Shown in pieces: positions 23,482-26,098 of a stretch of DNA of 26,098 bases. The translations under genes were made by a program, and so were the position numbers. Positions within the stretch are counted from its first letter, which is position 1. Each line of letters opens with the position of its first letter. The stretch is from positions 1 through 26,098 of the forward strand of contig BTVJ01000098.1 in the NCBI GenBank assembly GCA_045863395.1. Direction: 5' to 3'. Origin of the DNA: Myxococcales bacterium. Lineage in GTDB: Bacteria; Myxococcota_A; UBA9042; JABWCM01; BTVJ01. Under the pieces are notes generated by a model. That model had not been told where the DNA came from and did not search any database. It saw only the letters and a program-made list of their open reading frames with translations.

Positions 23482-26098
23482 ATGACAGCAGCATACGCAG
23501 ACGCCCACGAGGCGGTGGCGAGGATCCTGGCCGAGGGCAGGGGAGGGGAGTGGCCGCTGCCGGTGGAGCTGCCGCTCCAGCACCTGGACGACGCGTTGCG
23601 GCGCGGGATGCCGGGCCTCGCCTTCGTGAAGGTGCGGGAGGTGGCCGAAGGGATCGTGCGGGTGGCGTGGTGCACGCTCCTGCACGAGGTCATCGAGTGG
23701 GTGCCGGCGGTGGAGTCCCTCGCCCAGCTCCCGGACGCGGAGCGGGAGGCCGTGGACGCGGTGCTTTCTTCGGCGACGAGCGGCGCCTTCACCTTCGGTG
23801 GGGCCTGCCATGTGGCGGCAGTGGGTCCGCAGGGCATCGCGAGGCCGCTCGCGGCGTTGGCCCCGGTGTTGGGGGGCGACTCGCTGGCTGGGGCGTGGCA
23901 CGGCGCGCTGGCGGCGGACAAAGGGCTGCGCGAGGCGCTCCACGCGCTGTGGGAGTGGCGCAATCACCGTTTCGCCCACGGCTTCGTCGGGGACGCGGAC
24001 GCCTACGCGGCGCTCTTCGATGAGCGGCTCACCGACCGGGACCGTTGGCGCAGGGCCATGGCGCCGGGGGCCGGGTCCCCGCTGCCGGCGCTGCTCGCCG
24101 TGCTGGAGCGAGCCAGCGGCTGGCTGGATCGGGCGTCCGTGGCGTTGCGCGCCCTCGGGTGGCCGAGCGCCGTGGAGGCGGCGGCGTGGGCGGGGGGCCC
24201 GGCGCTGGAGCCGTGCCCGGAGCCGGTGGCGTGGCGCGGCGGCCCGCGCCCCCTCTACCTGTGGGACCGCGCGAAGGGCTCCTCGCTGGACGTGGTGGAC
24301 GTCGCCGGGGGCGAGTCGAAGAGGCTCCCCCTGCCGGAGCGCCACCAAGCGCTCGCCGCGGCCGCGCGCGCGGCCCTGACGCTGCCGCCGTCGCTGTTCG
24401 GGCCCACGTGGGGCGGTGCGCCGTCGTCCGGGCGCGAGGAGCGCCACATCGTCAAGACCGACGCGCTGCTGGAGCAGGTGCTCGGCGCGGTGGAGGCCGG
24501 CCACCGGCGCGTGGGCATCACCGGGGCGGCCGGGGCGGGCAAGACGGTGCTCGGTCTGGCGGTCGAACGCGCGCTCGTCCAGGAGCGCTGGGCGGTGGTG
24601 CGGGTGGCGGCCGGCGCGACGGGCGCCATGGACGCGACGCGGCTCCCGCGCCGGGTGCAGGAGGGGCTGGAGCGCCAGCCGCAGCGCCTCCGGGGCGTCG
24701 TGATGGACCAGCGGGAGGTGTGCTTCGACGAGGCGGTCCTGCTGGCACAGGGGGACGCCGCCGCGCTGGCCCGCTGGTGGCGGGCGCTGGCGGCGGCCAA
24801 CCCGGGGCGACGCTTCGCGCTGATCCTGGACGGCCTGGACGAGTGGCACGCGGGGGGCACCGATGGCGCGTCCCTGCTGCCGCCCCTCGACGGGGCTGGC
24901 GCAGACGCCTTCACGGTCGTCCTCGGCTACCGCTCGCCGCGGGAGGTGGCGGCGTGGCTGCGCCCGGTGGTGACGGGCCTCCCGGACGCGGCGCGGGTCG
25001 ACGTGCAGCGGTGGCTCGACGCCCCTGCCGGGCGGGCGCTCCTCGACGGCTACCTGGCGAAGCACCACCCGGGGGTGCCCCCCGAGCGTCGGGCGGACGT
25101 CGCCGCGCGTGCGGACGGGCGCTTCTTGTGGGTGTACCACTACGCGCAGGGGCTGGAGGCCGGCTTCCTGAGCGGCGCGTCACCGGCGGAGTGGCCGGCG
25201 CCCGACGCGTTCTACGGCCGCTACTTCGCGTGGCTGGAGGACCGCATGGGCGGCGCGCCGGGCTACGTGAAGTGCCTCCGCCGCACGCTGCTCACCCTGT
25301 CCGCCGTGGGCATGCCGGTCAACGACCCCACGCTGGCGTGGCTGTGGCGCCTGGACGCGTCCCCCGGCGCCGAGGCCCCCGAGGGCTGGGTGGACTGGTT
25401 CGAGCCAGTGCTGTCGGATCTGCGAGGCTTCCTGGTACGGGGCCCGGTCTCCCTGCAAGCAGAGGACCCGGCGGAGGTCCGGGCGGCGCTGGTGGTGGCG
25501 CCGGACGCGGCGCGTGACTCGCGACATGCGGTCTGCCGGAGCCTCGCGCACCGGTCCCTCCAGGAGCACCTGGACGGGGGTGGTCTCGAGCCCGCCTGGG
25601 CGGAGGCGCGGGCCGAGGTGGCGCGCCTGCTGGCCGACCGGACCCGGGCGGCGATCCTGGGGCTGGGTGATGATCCGCCGGAGGCCCGCCCCGGTGACAA
25701 GGACGCGAGTGGGCGCCGCCCCTGGGACGCGGCGCCGCTCCGGCTGGCGCAGCAGGCATTCTGGAGGCTCCAGGCGGCGGCGGGCGCCTCGGCGCAGGAG
25801 CTGGAGGCGTTGGCGTGGCCGTACCGGGCGCTGCTCCCGGAGTGGGAAGCTGCGGTGGTCACCCCGTGGATCCTGCACGGTGCGGCCGGCGCCCGAGAGG
25901 GCTCGGAGATCCTCGAAGCTGGGAGCTCGGGCGCCGCGACGGCCGGGCGCGGCGCGCTGCTCCTCTCGGCCGCGCAGCTCCACTACGCTGCCCGGAGGCT
26001 CGCGGACGCCATGCGCCTCGCCGCTGACGCGGTCGCCGTGCGCCGGGCCCTCGCGCGACTGCCACAGGACAGACCTCCCACGCCCGACGAGCTCGCTG
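23482..26098 (+). CDS. HEPN-like domain + STAND (NACHT-type) NTPase + winged helix + start of TPR repeats; at least 872 aa, truncated at the window edge
   Basis: Manually translated and not in the ORF track. GGAGG at 23472-23476, ATG at 23482, and no stop to the end of the window. Motifs are WRNHRFAHG (R 23959, H 23977), Walker A GAAGAGKT (24523-24546), Walker B FALILDGLDE (24814-24843), sensor-1-like VVLGYR, GRFLW (25117-25131), HRSLQEHL (25549-25572) and TPR-like LLLSAAQLHYAARRLADAMRLAADAVAVRRAL. Confidence 0.85.
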   Translation, partial: MTAAYADAHEAVARILAEGRGGEWPLPVELPLQHLDDALRRGMPGLAFVKVREVAEGIVRVAWCTLLHEVIEWVPAVESLAQLPDAEREAVDAVLSSATSGAFTFGGACHVAAVGPQGIARPLAALAPVLGGDSLAGAWHGALAADKGLREALHALWEWRNHRFAHGFVGDADAYAALFDERLTDRDRWRRAMAPGAGSPLPALLAVLERASGWLDRASVALRALGWPSAVEAAAWAGGPALEPCPEPVAWRGGPRPLYLWDRAKGSSLDVVDVAGGESKRLPLPERHQALAAAARAALTLPPSLFGPTWGGAPSSGREERHIVKTDALLEQVLGAVEAGHRRVGITGAAGAGKTVLGLAVERALVQERWAVVRVAAGATGAMDATRLPRRVQEGLERQPQRLRGVVMDQREVCFDEAVLLAQGDAAALARWWRALAAANPGRRFALILDGLDEWHAGGTDGASLLPPLDGAGADAFTVVLGYRSPREVAAWLRPVVTGLPDAARVDVQRWLDAPAGRALLDGYLAKHHPGVPPERRADVAARADGRFLWVYHYAQGLEAGFLSGASPAEWPAPDAFYGRYFAWLEDRMGGAPGYVKCLRRTLLTLSAVGMPVNDPTLAWLWRLDASPGAEAPEGWVDWFEPVLSDLRGFLVRGPVSLQAEDPAEVRAALVVAPDAARDSRHAVCRSLAHRSLQEHLDGGGLEPAWAEARAEVARLLADRTRAAILGLGDDPPEARPGDKDASGRRPWDAAPLRLAQQAFWRLQAAAGASAQELEALAWPYRALLPEWEAAVVTPWILHGAAGAREGSEILEAGSSGAATAGRGALLLSAAQLHYAARRLADAMRLAADAVAVRRALARLPQDRPPTPDELA

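Noticed and set aside
19560..25140. Long minus-strand ORFs (19560..21170, 21155..23011, 23119..25140)
   Set aside because: They are antisense to the Cys-rich, CorA-like and STAND genes, and their composition mirrors the sense codons.

Overview
Very GC-rich bacterial DNA, most likely Myxococcota, judging from a MYXO-CTERM-type sorting signal and myxobacterial Cys-rich repeats. The left half (about 361-13708, minus strand) is a tightly packed operon of seven genes, probably continuing into an eighth truncated at the window edge. It encodes a membrane-anchored vWA protein, a 1293-aa divergent tubulin/FtsZ-like GTPase, a 2-TM protein, a membrane-tethered and apparently catalytically dead MrfA/Hrq1(DUF1998)-type helicase, two small paralogous membrane proteins, and a Zn-ribbon/TM/HExxH metallopeptidase. 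The right half holds a DUF3800-like RNase H-fold plus helical-repeat protein, a small hypothetical gene, and a 1270-aa Cys-rich surface protein (C39-like peptidase, TSP1-like repeats, Kazal domain, MYXO-CTERM). It ends with a two-gene candidate defence module: a divergent CorA-like membrane protein followed by a HEPN-STAND(NACHT)-TPR protein that runs off the right edge and is missing from the supplied ORF track. No rRNA, tRNA, CRISPR array or transposase was seen. All family assignments come from motifs recognised by eye; no database searches were run.
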